Origin: Mizuhopecten yessoensis
Taxonomy: Eukaryota
DNA length: 64,000 nt
Reading direction: 5' to 3'
Assembly (NCBI RefSeq): GCF_002113885.1
Contig: NW_018407065.1
Location: 2,570,682 to 2,634,681 of the forward strand
Part shown: positions 14,056-28,600 of the stretch, one piece after another
How the letters are laid out: each line of letters begins with the position of its first letter
How positions within the stretch are numbered: position 1 is the first letter of the stretch
Translations under genes and position numbers: made by a program
The notes under the pieces: model-generated
Seen by the model: only the letters and a program-made list of their open reading frames with translations
Told to the model about the DNA's origin: nothing
Database searches by the model: none

Positions 14056-15189
14056 TATCAAACAGGCAAAGCCTGAGCTATTCACAAAAAAAAATCACAA
14101 CTCAAACTTCTTGGCACCTCATTCATGTAGGTACTCTATGTATATTTTGAAACCTTGTGTACATGAACTGGTAAATGTATATGTAGATGTAGTAAATATT
14201 GTACACATCTGGTTGTCGGCAGTTTACAAGTAAACCACATTAACACATTAGGATAGCATTTATTTGGTAGCTGTGTATCTGGATTGACAGAACTTGACTA
14301 CAGTACAAACTCTCCCACAGTTCACTGGTTTCCTTACCATTTATTGCAAATCAAATTCACATATCAAATTATGTCCGTAACAAATCGTATCAACAATCAT
14401 TTCTGTACAATTTGTGTATATATGCAATTTAATGGGTTTTACCTCATGTAAAAACAAGTTATTGAAGAGTGTATACTATATATAGAAGTTTTAGACAAAG
14501 AACCCAAATTCAAAAGATACTGTGAATCCACTGAATGTCACACTCTGAATAAAATGTTTTCATTAAACACCATTTTCTTTTTTGTATTGTTGTACAAATC
14601 CAATATAACAATCTTGGAATGTGCATATATATATAGTATACAAAAGAAACACAGTCTTATGTTATTATTTTAAAGATTTATGTACACAAGGAATGAAAGA
14701 CATAAAGACAACTAAGTCTGTTTTATATCATGTGATTAGGTAAAACCCCTCTTTATATCATGTTCTATTGCCAGTTACCCAGCATATCAAACGTTAACGG
14801 CATTTTTAACCTATGAAAATGGTGAGAACTTAATCGATCATAGTCCTGAGTGTCCATTTCATTTTGGATGATACTGGTCACATGACAGGGAAATAAAACA
14901 TCATGTCGCCCTCACACATTCAAGTTTCCTCAATCATGTTTCCTTATTGGGAGCATCTCTAGAAAAATCTGCAAGAGCTATAGCCACCACAACCTAGCTC
15001 CGAATGATGTAAGCAGATGACAACAATTGCATGTCAACCTGATCATTTCTATTTTTGATTATTGTTTTGGATCGATTGATTTATATTGCATAATAAAGTA
15101 TCTATTGCCCTTGCTATAGGGAATCACGGTTCTTTGTTTCTACTCATTTAATCATGACATTGTTTCACTCGGGCTTCACCCTTATTAAA

Positions 15190-17225
15190 CTTGATTAACC
15201 TCGGACGCCCTTATCAAACATGGTTAACCTCAGACGCCCTCATCAAACATGGTTAACCTCGGACGCACTTATCAAACATGATTAACCTCGGACACCCTTA
15301 TCAAACAGGATTAACCTCGGACACCCTTATCAAACATGATTAACCTGGTACGCCCTTATCAAACATGATTAACCTCGGCCGCCCTTATCAAACATGATTA
15401 ACCTCGGCCGCCCTTATCAAACATGATTAACCTCGGCCGCCCTTATCAAACATGATTAACCTCAAACACCCTTGTCAAACATGATTACCCTGGGACACCC
15501 TTATCAAACATGATTAACCTGGTACGCCCTTATCAAACATGATTAACCTCTGACGCCCTTATCAAACATGATTAATCTCGGACGCCCTTATCAAACATGA
15601 TTAACATCGGACGCCCTTATCAAACATGATTAACCTCGGACGCCCTTATCAAACATGATTAACCTCAAACACCCTTATCAAACATGATTACCCTGGGACA
15701 CCCTTATCAAACATGATTAACCTGGGACGCCCTTATCAAACATGATTAACATCGGACACCATTATCAAACATAATTAACCAGGGACCCCCTTATCAAACA
15801 TGATTAACCTGGGACGCCCTTATCAAACATGATTAACATCGGACACCATTATCAAACATGATTTACCTCGGACACCCTTATCAAACATGATTTACCTCGG
15901 ACGCCCTTATCAAATATGATTAACCTCAAACATCCTTATCAAACATGATTACCCTGGGACACCCTTATGAAACATGATTAACCTGGGACGCTCTTATCAA
16001 ACATGATTAACATCGGACACCATTATCAAACATAATTAACCAGGGACACCCTTATCAAACATGATTAACATCGGACACCATTATCAAACATGATTTACCT
16101 CGGACACCCTTATCAAACATGATTTACCTCGGACNNNNNNNNNNNNNNNNNNNNNNNNNNNNNNNNNNNNNNNNNNNNNCGGACACCCTTATCAAACATG
16201 ATTAACCTCGGACACCCTTATCAAACATGATTAACCTCGGACACCCTTATCAAACATGATTAACCTCGGACACCATTATCAAACAGGATTAACATCGGAC
16301 ACCCTTATCAAACATAATTAACCTCGGACACCCTTATCAAACATAATTAACCTCGGACGCCCTTATCAAACAGGATTAACCCCGGACACCCTTATCAAAC
16401 ATGATTAACCTCGGACACCCTTATCAAACATGATTAACCTCGGACACCCTTATCAAACATAATTAACCTGGGACACCATTATCAAACATAATTAACCTGG
16501 GACACCATTATCAAACATGATTAGCCTTGGACACCCTTATCAAACATGATTAACATCGGACGCCCTTATCAAACATGATTAACCTGGGACACCATTATCA
16601 AACATAATTAACCTGGGACACCATTATCAAACATGATTAACCTCGGACACCATTATCAAACATAATTAACCTCGGACACCCTTATCAAACATGATTAACC
16701 TCGGACACCCTTATCAAACATGATTAACATCGGACACCCTTATCAAACATGATTAACATCGGACACACTTATCAAACATGATTAACCTCGGCCGCCCTTA
16801 TCAAACATGATTAACCTCGGACTCCCTTATCAAACATGATTAACCTCGGCCGCCCTTATCAAACATGATTAACCTCGGACCCCCTTATCAAACAGGATTA
16901 ACCTCGGACACCCTTATCAAACATGATTAACCTCGGACACCATTATGAAACATGATTAACATCGGACACCTTATCAAACAGGATTAACCTGGGACACCAT
17001 TATCAAACATGATTAACCTCGGACACCCTTATCAAACAGGATTAACATCGGACACCCTTATCAAACATGATTAACATCGGACACCATTATCAAACATGAT
17101 TAACCTTGGACACCCTTATCAAACATGATTAACATCGGACACCCTTATCAAACAGGATTAACCTCGGACACCATTATCAAACAGGATTAACCTCGGATGC
17201 CCTTATCAAACAGGATTAACCTCGG
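15190..17225. repeat. 29-bp minisatellite (GGACACCCTTATCAAACATGATTAACCTC) spanning an assembly gap (N 16135-16179)
   Basis: Many tandem units on both sides of the N run. Confidence 0.95.
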
Positions 17226-19672
17226 GTTTCCCTACAATAAGGGCAATAAATGTATAATCTTCCTTAACTTCTTAACTTCCTGAATAGTTTAATGTCATGT
17301 TTCACTTAAAATCACAATTTCCTTTGATTAATGATATATGATATGAAGAATTTACAAAAATTCAAGAAGACATTTCCTTAAGATGTGCACGTTGATCCCT
17401 GGGACAGCATAGCTTAACTTTCAGTTAAATCATCCACACATAATCGGGATTGAAATATTTCATGGTTTTTTTAGAATCTGGAAATGCATGGACAAAACAT
17501 TATAATATAGCTCTGCAAACACACTTATAATAACTTACATAATATAATTACAAAACAGTCCTAAAGATTCTATATTTGTTATATATTCAAATCTATACAA
17601 TGATTTCATATATGATATATATGTGTACCATGACTGTATATGTATGACATACTAAAGATATTGCCTTAATATAAAACTGATTCAAATCAAATTCTATACT
17701 CTATAGTACACTTTAGTATAGGATTTGATGAACACTTTCTGGTGACTGTTTACACTCACAAATGTGACACATTGAAAAAATCTTATCCGACAACATGTTC
17801 CGATAACATTTACTCTCTCCAATCAAGTGACATCTTCAAAAATCTTATCGGACACCATGGAATTGTGACCTTTTTAATGCTCCTTATTTTTCCTAACATA
17901 TCTATCTGTTTATGTTTGTCCCAAATAAAGCTTTCTATAATTCCTGGACATACAAAAATCTTATGATGACTGTTAACACAGGACATGATTGAATCTTATA
18001 CTTCTCTGCCATATTGTCAAATAAACATTGCAACATAGCATTCATATTGTGCTTAAGGTCATTGGAGTGTATTGATAAACGGAAACAGGAAGCACATCCC
18101 TAGTTGAAAATCCAATGTAGGGAGACAGTATCACAATTTCTGCAAATTCTAATGTTTAATATTAAACTGATGAATATTGTATGTTTATTATTGACAGAAC
18201 AGTGTGTTCTCTCAATATGAAAGTATTTCATGGCAATCCAGGCATTAATTCAGGGTTTTTTTTATCAATGAGTCACATGTGTCCATTTTCTGTACTTCAG
18301 GAACCCGGCTACCTATTTCACTACTGTGAAGTTTTTCAAAAACGATAACTCTTACCTGCAATTTCTATGTGTATATGGTTTTATAATAAAATGTCAATTT
18401 TTATATCGTGTATAGAGAATTAATTTTACACAATTTCAGCATTTATTAAATTGATATACATTAATGCAATACTAATATATGTCAGTATCATTTTTATTGA
18501 CATTATTTTGTAAAAATATTGTGTCTTTCATTTTTTTCTTCAAAATTCACTCCTTTTTACATAAATTTCCATTTAAAATCCTAAAAATTCTGACAACCTA
18601 TATTTTTTTTTGTGGCAGAAAAGTTTCTTTACTTTAAAGCAATATAACTACAAAATTTGAAGAAATTCTACTGAGAAATGGTGACACAATCCTATTACCT
18701 TAAGTCAGTATAACGAAATATAATTTACCTGTTATAAAGGGAAATAACTCCTATTGTCAGCCAGTTCAATGGGGATTTTGGTCCCGCTGAATATACTGCT
18801 TTTACTCACTGGCAATTGTTTCCATTACATGAAAAGAGTGAATATCTTTCAAAGTTCTCTATTTATACATATACCAGTGTGTATTTATAGAAACAAAATG
18901 GTATTAAGGACTTTACCAAATTCTAGATAATCTTTAAAACATGGAGCCTGTTAATGTATGTGGACCAACGGGTTTGTCTATTTCTAAAATGCACAAACCT
19001 GACATTGACGGACCTGCAAATGTTAATGCAGGCCTTGAAAGCCTTTGTCAAGGCTCGCCAGATAGAAACATCAAATCACTAGGTCCTTCCCTTTTTCATA
19101 TATGAACAACTCTTGTACAGGTACATCGGTTTGGAACACGATAAAAAGGCAGCCAGCTGTGTAATTTGAGAGCTATCTCCCTAATTTTATTCATATTTGT
19201 TAACCAATACATTATCTCAGAACAAGCAGTGTTACTGTGTTTATCAATGTATTTATTCCTGTTAACTTTATTAAAATTAATTAACCTTGTACTATAACGA
19301 AAGACCTTGTACAGTGTAGAGCTCTTTTTGAAGTGGAGATACTTATCACAGTTAGGTAGCATGCAGCTTTTACTCCAGAGACATATACCAGTAACACAAG
19401 AGTTCTGAGGAGCAAATCTGAATGAAAGGTTTCCGTAACTCTGCAAATATCACAGATTCACACATACAGCTTTAACTCCAACGATACATGCGGGTAAATA
19501 AAGGTTTTTTAAAAGTAATTCTCAACCAAAGCTGTTAGTAACTCTGCCGAAACTGAGATCCACATATATAGCCCCAACTCCAGAGATATACAGGTAACAC
19601 AAGGTTTATTGACGAGGAATAACCAATCAAACATGTCCATTACTCCACCAATCCACACATCTTTGACGTTTA

Positions 19673-22600
19673 TCAGGAATCTGCAGTATTACTTGTGTCT
19701 TTTTCTGCCTTAGCTTCCTTTTTAGCTTTTAAAGCCTTTTCCAGGATTCTCTTTTTCCAGTCTTTATAATCAACATTTCCACCACTTTCCTCTGAATTAT
19801 CTGTCTTTGCTCGCTTGCTTTCCTCCTCTGCAAAAGTAAAGGTTTGTTTTTTTATAAAGAATGACACCAATCTCAACCTCTATGTGCCAGGTATTAATAA
19901 AAATAATTTGAGGTTCTTAATACTCCCTATAAACTGCTTTAACTTAGGTTGTCTCAAAGCAGTTCACTAGTTATTATCCATGGTTATTGAGACTTTGCAA
20001 CCAGGCAATATCTTTCTCAACTCCCAGCTGGTGCTGCTATTTCGGTGCTCACAGCTAGCATTCAGCTAGCGCTGCCCAACCACGTACACATTTACAGCTG
20101 AGTAGACTAGAACAAGCGGAGTAAAGTATCTTGTTCAAAGATATAACACAGTGCCGTGACGTGACTCGAACCTGCAACCCTTTGGTCACGAACCCAGCGT
20201 CCTACCACTAGACTACCGTGCCTCCAAGGTATTATGGCTGTTACCTAAAGCTATCTGTGCTGATTGGAAGTGAGGATATAAGAACTTAGCTGCTAGGCTT
20301 CTTGTAATTCAAGGACCATCTAAAACTATGAACTGTACCAGCCTCTTATGATGTTAAGCTTCCACAGGTAACGGAGACTTAAAACTGTTACAACTCTTCT
20401 TGTTGAATACTGATAATGCAAATACAAAATGTTATCATAGGGAAGACATGTTTTCCCCAAATTTCATATATCAGGTATATATATTTACCTTGCATGTGAC
20501 GCTCAACATCATCCATTAATGACTTTGGTCGTTTCTTAATAGCTGTTGATTTTACCTTGCCTTGTTCACCTAATAAATGAAAAACAAACAAAAAACTGAA
20601 TGAACAGAACTGAATGAATCTTTGGTTAATAATATAAGGTCTCTGCAATTCTTCATTTACAAAAACTCTAAATGTTCAGATAGCAAGTCTTATTCAATCT
20701 ACTAATTCTTGCCCAAAATTGTATTGATATGATTTCCTATGGCTAGTTATACTACAGCATGAAGCTTAGGATTCATTTTTTTTGTTTTTTGGCTTTTAAA
20801 TTAAATACAGTTTCATCTGTAATGAAGTTGCTATGACAAGATGAAAAATGATCTGCAATTCTAACCTTGCTATGAATCGTGAACAGTATCAATTCTAACC
20901 TTGCTATGAATCGTGAACAGTATCAATTTTAACTCTGCTATGAATCGTGTACAGTATCAATTCTAACCTTGCTATGAATCGTGTACAGTATCAATTTTAA
21001 CCCTGCTTAAATCGTGTACAGTATCAATTCTAACCTTGCTATGAATCGTGTACAGTATCAATTCTAACCTTGCTATGAATCGTGTACAGTATCAATTCTA
21101 ACCTTGCTATGAATCGTGTACAGTATCAATTCTAACCTTGCTATGAATCGTGTACAGTATCAATTCTAACCTTGCTATGAATCGTGTACAGTATCAATTC
21201 TAACCTTGCTATGAATCGTGTACAGTATCAATTCTAACCTTGCTATGAATCGTGTACAGTATCAATTCTAACCTTGCTATGAATCGTGTACAGTATCAAT
21301 TCTAACCTTGCTATGAATCGTGTACAGTATCAATTCTAACCTTGCTATGAATCGTGTACAGTATCAATTCTAACCTTGCTATGAATCGTGTACAGTATCA
21401 ATTCTAACCTTGCTATGAATCGTGTACAGTATCAATTCTAACCTTGCTATGAATCGTGTACAGTATCAATTCTAACCTTGCTATGAATCGTGTACAGTAT
21501 CAATTTAAACTCTGCTATGAATCGTGTACAGTATCAATTCTAACCTTGCTATGAATCGTGTACAGTATCAATTATAACTCTGCTATGAATCGTGTACAGT
21601 ATCAATTCTAACCTTGCTATGAATCGTGTACAGTATCAATTCTAACCTTGCCATGAATCATGTATCAATGAAATCCCTGTGATTGCCTCCCTTATGATTA
21701 TCTCCCTTTAAGATCTCTTAAGGACCCGTTTCCTGTGAAAAAAGAGTGTTATTTTCCACCTTATTTGGTCCTTTCAAATTTCAATTGGAAAATCTAGTAG
21801 CAAATAATTTATGTTCATTTCTTTTGGCAAGGGTTCAGAAAAAATCACTGACATTGACGACAATGATAGATCATTTCATTTTTTTTATGAATAAATGCAC
21901 TCTTATTTTGTGCATGGGAAGTCATCATGAAAAGAGAAACAATAAGTAAATGAAAATATGCCCTATTCATACTTTCATGCAGACATGCACACAGTAAAAT
22001 TTCCTTAGTGCCTAGTGGATTTTTTCTGACACTAGGCACAGTGCCTAATGGTTTTGAATTTCTAACCTGAGTCCTGATCACATAAATAATGTTTAAATAA
22101 TTTCATATAATTGCTGTTACAGTCGTAAACACGACTCCTTTTTTTTTTTTTTTTACAAAACCTTTGTAAAAAAAATGAATGAAACAATATCCCCATCTAC
22201 CTTCACTAATATCAAGTGAGCTGCAAGCAACAAACCACATTTTTGGCCTTATAACCAATGCTTCCCTTAAATAATAATATCAAGGTAATTACCGATGATT
22301 GTCTCCACTTGTTTTTCCAGGTCTGCCACCAGGCGGTCAAATGTTGTACGCTTGATACTACACACTTCCACAATTTTTTTTCTGTCAACTTTTGTCTTCA
22401 GTTTCCTAAAAACATGTTCCAAATAAATAAAAGAATAAGTTAATACATTTAGTTTTAGATAATGTTTTTGTTGAATTTGTTGTTGGATATTAACAGAATA
22501 CATCCCTGATGTGAGGTATGGACAAGGTTATTCTAACCCTCGGGATAAAATATTGAGCAAAAGACCCTCGGCACAGCCTCGGGTCTCCTGCTCAATATTT

Positions 22601-25600
22601 TATCCCTTGGGTTTGAACAACCTTGTCCATACCTCACATCAGGGATGGATTCTATTTCTTGCTTATTACCTTAAACCCGCAAAAACAGCTGTTCTTCTAG
22701 TTAAGTTGTAAAGTGTCCGCACATTTCTCATTTGCATATGAAGCCTGGATGGCAATCGTCAGTAACGTCAATGACCCTGACCGACCCCAACAAGTCATAA
22801 AATGACCCCGAAAGGTCACTATAATTCCCCTGCCAGTCTGCGCGTGTAAGCGATCTAGACTCGTGGGTCGTATAGAATACTCCAGCACCGCTGGAAATGC
22901 GGATATCTCAGTCTAGTATGCAAGAAATTTCAGTCCTATATATAGTTCTAATGCAATGGCAATCGGATCACAATCCCATTCTATTTGTCGAAGGAAGTCC
23001 CTTTTTTCAATATAACGCAAAGGATATACAACAGCTAGAACTTCACAAGATACAAATTGGTGACCACAAACAAATAAAGACTACAGCTTTGCAGGAGAAG
23101 GGTATATAGAAGGAAAACCTACAAGTTGAGTTCAACCACTGCTAACTACATACATGTATATATTGTTTCAGCTAGCATTGAATTCAATCACCATCAAATG
23201 TATTCAAGGCAAAATTGTCAAAAGAAACTAGGAGAGAAAATTTCAAATTCGACAGTTTGCATTTTAAGGAAGATAAGTCCAGTACCAATTCATAGCAAAA
23301 GTGTTAGGTAGCATATAACCTTAATTACATTACACTCATCCTACTTAAAACAGTTACCTGCATGCAGCATACAGAGCCGAGGCTTGGAACATAGGGGCAG
23401 AGAAGTCCATCTGTGTACAAGATTTACTGTTGTGACTTTGTTCATATCTGTAACACATGGACATACATGGATACATGTAAAAATTGTCGCCAACAGTTCA
23501 AGAAACTAGATGCTCCCAGGGAACAATAGTAAATTTAACACAACAAATTGAAGACAGTGACATTTATGTTGAAATGACTGATGGTAGACTGATTAAATCT
23601 TAACTGAAAAGTCAGTTAGTGGTGGATTTATTTGTTCTTCCAAGGATTTCAGGAGGTGGTCAGAAAATGTAACATTATTATCAAATTATTGTACACATAC
23701 AGCTTTAGACTTGAAGCACTAGACATACTCACTGACCCAACTTGACTCTTGTCAATCTTTTATAAACAACCCACAACAAATTTTGTACAAAATAAACAAG
23801 AAACATGGATGGCGATAATATCTGTTGGTTTTTAATCACATTTCCTACACTTTGATATCTGGATGCAACAGCTGACTATTTGCACAAATAAGTAAGTTGT
23901 TAAACTTCATTATCTAATGAAAGACACATTGCATATGACTTAGTATAAAATGTACAGTTTTACCCAAATTACATAATTATGATGAACTACAGTCCAGATG
24001 TTTCCCTAGTCAACAGAAATTTTACCTCTGAAGGGCCTGTTCAGCTAGAGTTACTGCCCCTGAGCAGCCAAACTGTACCGCCAAGTCTTTGATGGTCTGT
24101 TTCACCTCAAGCTCCAACATACTCTCCAGCGCCCTCAGACCATTGGCATACACCTTCTTGTTGACACCGGACAGTCGAATGGCTTCTGTCTGTAGTAAAC
24201 AAATAAATGGTTTCATGTACAACTCCTCCTCAAAACTCAAGTATATGATGAAATCTGGAGAAAGACAGGTTAGAAAATGTTTCACTGACATGTTTTATTA
24301 ACATGAATACAGTCAGGCCAGGCAAATTAATTGTTATTTTTTGCATTAAATCATTTTTTCATTTTAGGTAATAACGGAACTGCTTTTCTCTCTTTCGGAC
24401 TTTATCATAGTGCTGTTCAAAAGTCTAACAACATTAAGGTACCAGTGGATCAGACCTTGGTGAGAGTCTGGCCGGTAGCCGAGGCTGCCAGGTCCAGGCA
24501 CATGATGAGGGGGCAGGATCCTGTGATACCAAGAGCAGCCAATGATCCACTGCCAACACGTACATCCATCAGCTGCTGCAACTCCTTGGCCTTTCTGAAA
24601 ACATAAAAATGTCATTTCAGAACACTGCTTTCCTGTAAAATGTAAAATGTAAATGTAGAGTATGAAGATCCATGTAGTGCAAGTCCTTGGCATGTACTTG
24701 AATTTGCTGATTCTTGTGTATGGTAATGGAGTGTTTATTACTGTTTGATTTCAGTATATTTTGGTGAAATTGTGAAAATATGCATATTGCAATTTGTCTG
24801 GATCGAGTTTCATGAGTCAGTCCTCTTCCCATCTGCTATAGTGTAATCAGTGGCGGACCCAGGTGGGTTGTCCTATATATAGCTATTTGCCCGGGCAACA
24901 CCCTTTTTTCTGTGTCCAAAAACTATCTGGACCAAGGTTTTTGAAGATTTCCCTCTATTTCATATGGGATTTCTTTTTTATATCAAACATACCTTGAACT
25001 ATGATGTTCTATGGCTTCTCTTTGCCAGCAGTTTGAATATCTATATATGCCTACGGGTGTTGCCCAAACAAAGAGTCCACTAGCTTAGGGCCTATTTATA
25101 CTCTCAACAATAGGGGGTCAATCCTCCATTGTCTATATATTCGGAGGGTCTCCAGTCAGGTCAGTGGTCTAGCTAGGCTCACCGGACTGACTCTAGGGGC
25201 TTGTTCTCGTTTCCCCCACTTTTTAAAATATTATTATACCTTCCAACTTATAAAGCCAAAGAATGTGTAGATGTACGGATTCGAGTTAAACAAATGCGAT
25301 ATTTCATTGGTACATATTTTGTGAGGTAAAATTTTAAGGATTCTCCAAAATCAATGATATTTTTATACAATAAACATTTTGGAGAGTTTTCCACTGAGGT
25401 CCTTCAGAAATTCCTTGTTTTATCAATGGTAATAACACATTTTGCTGAGAAATACATGGATTTAACCAAACATCACTAAGACCTAGATTATTCAATTCAT
25501 CTGTTACTGCTTTAGCCCAGTTGAAATCATTTTTACTACAACATTTTAATTTTTTTTTATAGGAAGTGGATATGATACAATGTTCAGATTATAAGATCTT

Positions 25601-28600
25601 AAACCAATATTTCATCATTCTAATTTCAAACTAGAGGTAATCGTCCCAATTCAAGGTATACCATGTTGTTATTGGCCGATTTCTTCACTTTTAGTAATTT
25701 CTTTCAAAAATGTAAATGTTCATGTTCAATCTCTGGAGCTTTGTCCATACACCAAATTTCACTTGCATAAAAAAGGATACTGCTTACATGTGTATTGAAA
25801 CGGTGTAGCATAGTTTTTACATTTAAGTTTAATGATGAACATTTTGAAAATAATACAAACATGGCTTTTCGTCCTTGGATAGCTAATTGTTTTTGGATAC
25901 AAGTGAATTTATTATTGCAATTTAGAATAACACCTAGGTAAGGAAATTGATCCACACAGTCGACTTTACTTCCATTGTAATACCATTTTTCATCATTATG
26001 TAATCTTCCACCTTTTCTAAAAACTACAATTTTTGTTTTTTCTGTATTTACAGTTAAACTCCATCAAGATGAGTCTGCAGACCCTGTACAGATTCCGAAA
26101 AAATAACCAAATCATCTGCGTACATTAACAGAAACAAACTTAACTCACCAAAGTCGTAATATGTTGCACCGTTTTCAATAAAGGATATTTCAAAATCATT
26201 GATAAAAAGTGAAAATAGTGAAAAGTGAGATAGAGATATCTGTATTTTCACCTGTGGTTTCAGGTACACATGGTCACCAGGAGTGATTTATTTTACCAAT
26301 TAAAAAATATAAATTTCAAAATTGTTAAAGATAATGAAGTACCCTCCTTAGAATCACTTCATCAGGTGATTAATAACCAATGTTAGCAGCTGAATCTAGA
26401 GAAAAGCCATCCCTCCCCCTAAACTTTGACAAGTGACCATTTTAAGGGCCAGACATAAATATCAACATTTTAACCAAAAATCTACATTTTTACCATTTTC
26501 TTACAGAATTTGTTAACATTTGATTCGCTCGGCCATCATAAAATATAAATACTCTACGTGATAAAATATCTTATCTTATCTCTTTCTTCTACACAACTTT
26601 CTTCTTCCTAATGTCTCCCTTGACAATGCCTCACTTTTGGCCTTTAGTTGAGCGTTCGCCCCTGTGAGGAAGGCTTTGGGTTCTGTCCCCTGGCCGAGAC
26701 ATACCAGAGTCGGTAAAAATGGTAGTTTCTACTCCTGCTTAACGCTCGGCAATTTAGGAGTGGGACGACTGGTTTGCCCGTTGTCAGTATAATGTGACCG
26801 GGTGGGGTGCCCTGCTAGGTGTCTTCGGCAGTATGTTTCAGTGAGGTAGCAATATAAAGCTGGCATCAGTTCCGCACTATCACAATTGCAAGGAAACAAA
26901 CATGAACATATATCAGCCTACCAAAACACACACGCATACATCTTGCACATGTACAGGGAAGGTCGTCCTTAAATGACCATTGATGTTGATAGGACGTTTA
27001 ACAATACTGTAACGTGTCAGCCCCGTATAAATGGGTGATTTCAACCACCGCTGTTTCGGCCCTGCAGCCGATTTGTTTACATATTGCCGTACGCCTGTGT
27101 GACGGGTTTTCACTACATAAATAACACCAATGTCCATTTATTAGTCCAAAATGTGTTTGTACATAAGTTTTAAAGGTTGATTATTCAAATTACAACTACA
27201 GAACATTGTAGAAATGATTTATAACTTCCCTGCTAATTTCGTGTTAAATCGACCACTCGTTAGCATCTCAAACACCTCTCAAGACCGCCATTTTGGAAGC
27301 TGACTATGCGAGATGCTCAAAACTACTTACATTGATTCTTTAACTTCCTAGGGTTGTAAGTCACTGTAGATTGATGGACATTAAGTAATTATGATATTTA
27401 AAAGAGTATGCTAACCTTTTTGGATACTGGTTATGTCTTTTAACGACGTCTTAGATGTTTAGTCAGTCGGAGAGGCCTCTCGGACCTCTCTCGGCGACCT
27501 CTCAAGCGTTTCGATAACTCTTACCGGCGTCTGACGTCACTACCGAAGGGAATTCCCTAAACTTGGTATATTTTTAATCCGTAACCTTAGCGGCATTAAA
27601 TAGTAGTTTTACATGTATTTTTATACTCTGTAGCATTATTTTAACGTAAAGCACTTATTGTTTGAGCGGATATTATGAGAGGCCGTGTGTGATAAGGTTT
27701 TATTACTTTTACATGCAATCCTATGAGAAAGTGTCCCCGGACCTCTCCCGTCTGATCACCAGACCTCTCCTGAGTAGTAATATTTGGAAGGTTATAAATA
27801 CAGGTCGGATCAGACCTTTTTCTTTAGTTCATCACTGTCTTCGCTGGCAGACGGTCGCCTCTGAACAGGTCAGACTTAGGAATCTCTCATACTTTGGGTT
27901 TAGGCTTTACTGCTTACGTCATTTATAGTTCTATTTATAGACACAGTCATCGAATATAAGGGGATATCCCGGTATTTGGCTATTTATAGCTGTATTGTCA
28001 TATTATTACAAATTATCTTAATAGTTGAAGCTATCTTGTATTTTTGCTGGTCTGCATATCAGATTATAATTTAGGTGACTTAGAATATTAGGCTCTGGTG
28101 ATTAGTGGGAGATTGGTACAGGAAATACAGTCAATTAGTGTATAATTTGGGAATAGTTGTGTACAATTTGTCAATCACCTTTGTTATTGTCTGGTGCAAG
28201 AACCTGTGTTGATGCCTTGTTTGTATTGTAATATTATACTGATCTGTACTCTGTAAAGATACATTGTTATTTAACTTGTTCCTTTAATAAATTATATTTG
28301 TACCTGTCAATTGGGCTCTTGGTTGATATTTAGAGTTTTCGCATAGTAAATTAGACTGCTAGACTATTTCTGACCATTGTTCTCGGACCTGACATAGAGG
28401 AGATATAACATATTCGACCGTGATAATCCAGGATCCAGGAAGCACACTATATTGGTGAAACAAGAACCCCATACTTCTTCGACGGCGGCCGGTGAGACGT
28501 GGGCACCGGACGCGCGCTCGTTACAATACTAAACCAAACCAAACGTATTACATCTTCAGAAAAAAAAATATACTCGCTCTGCTCGGCAGTAGACTAGAAG

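Noticed and set aside
15190-21660. 29-bp and 34-bp arrays as CRISPR arrays
   Set aside because: Units are head-to-tail with no unique spacers, there are no cas genes, and the context is eukaryotic.
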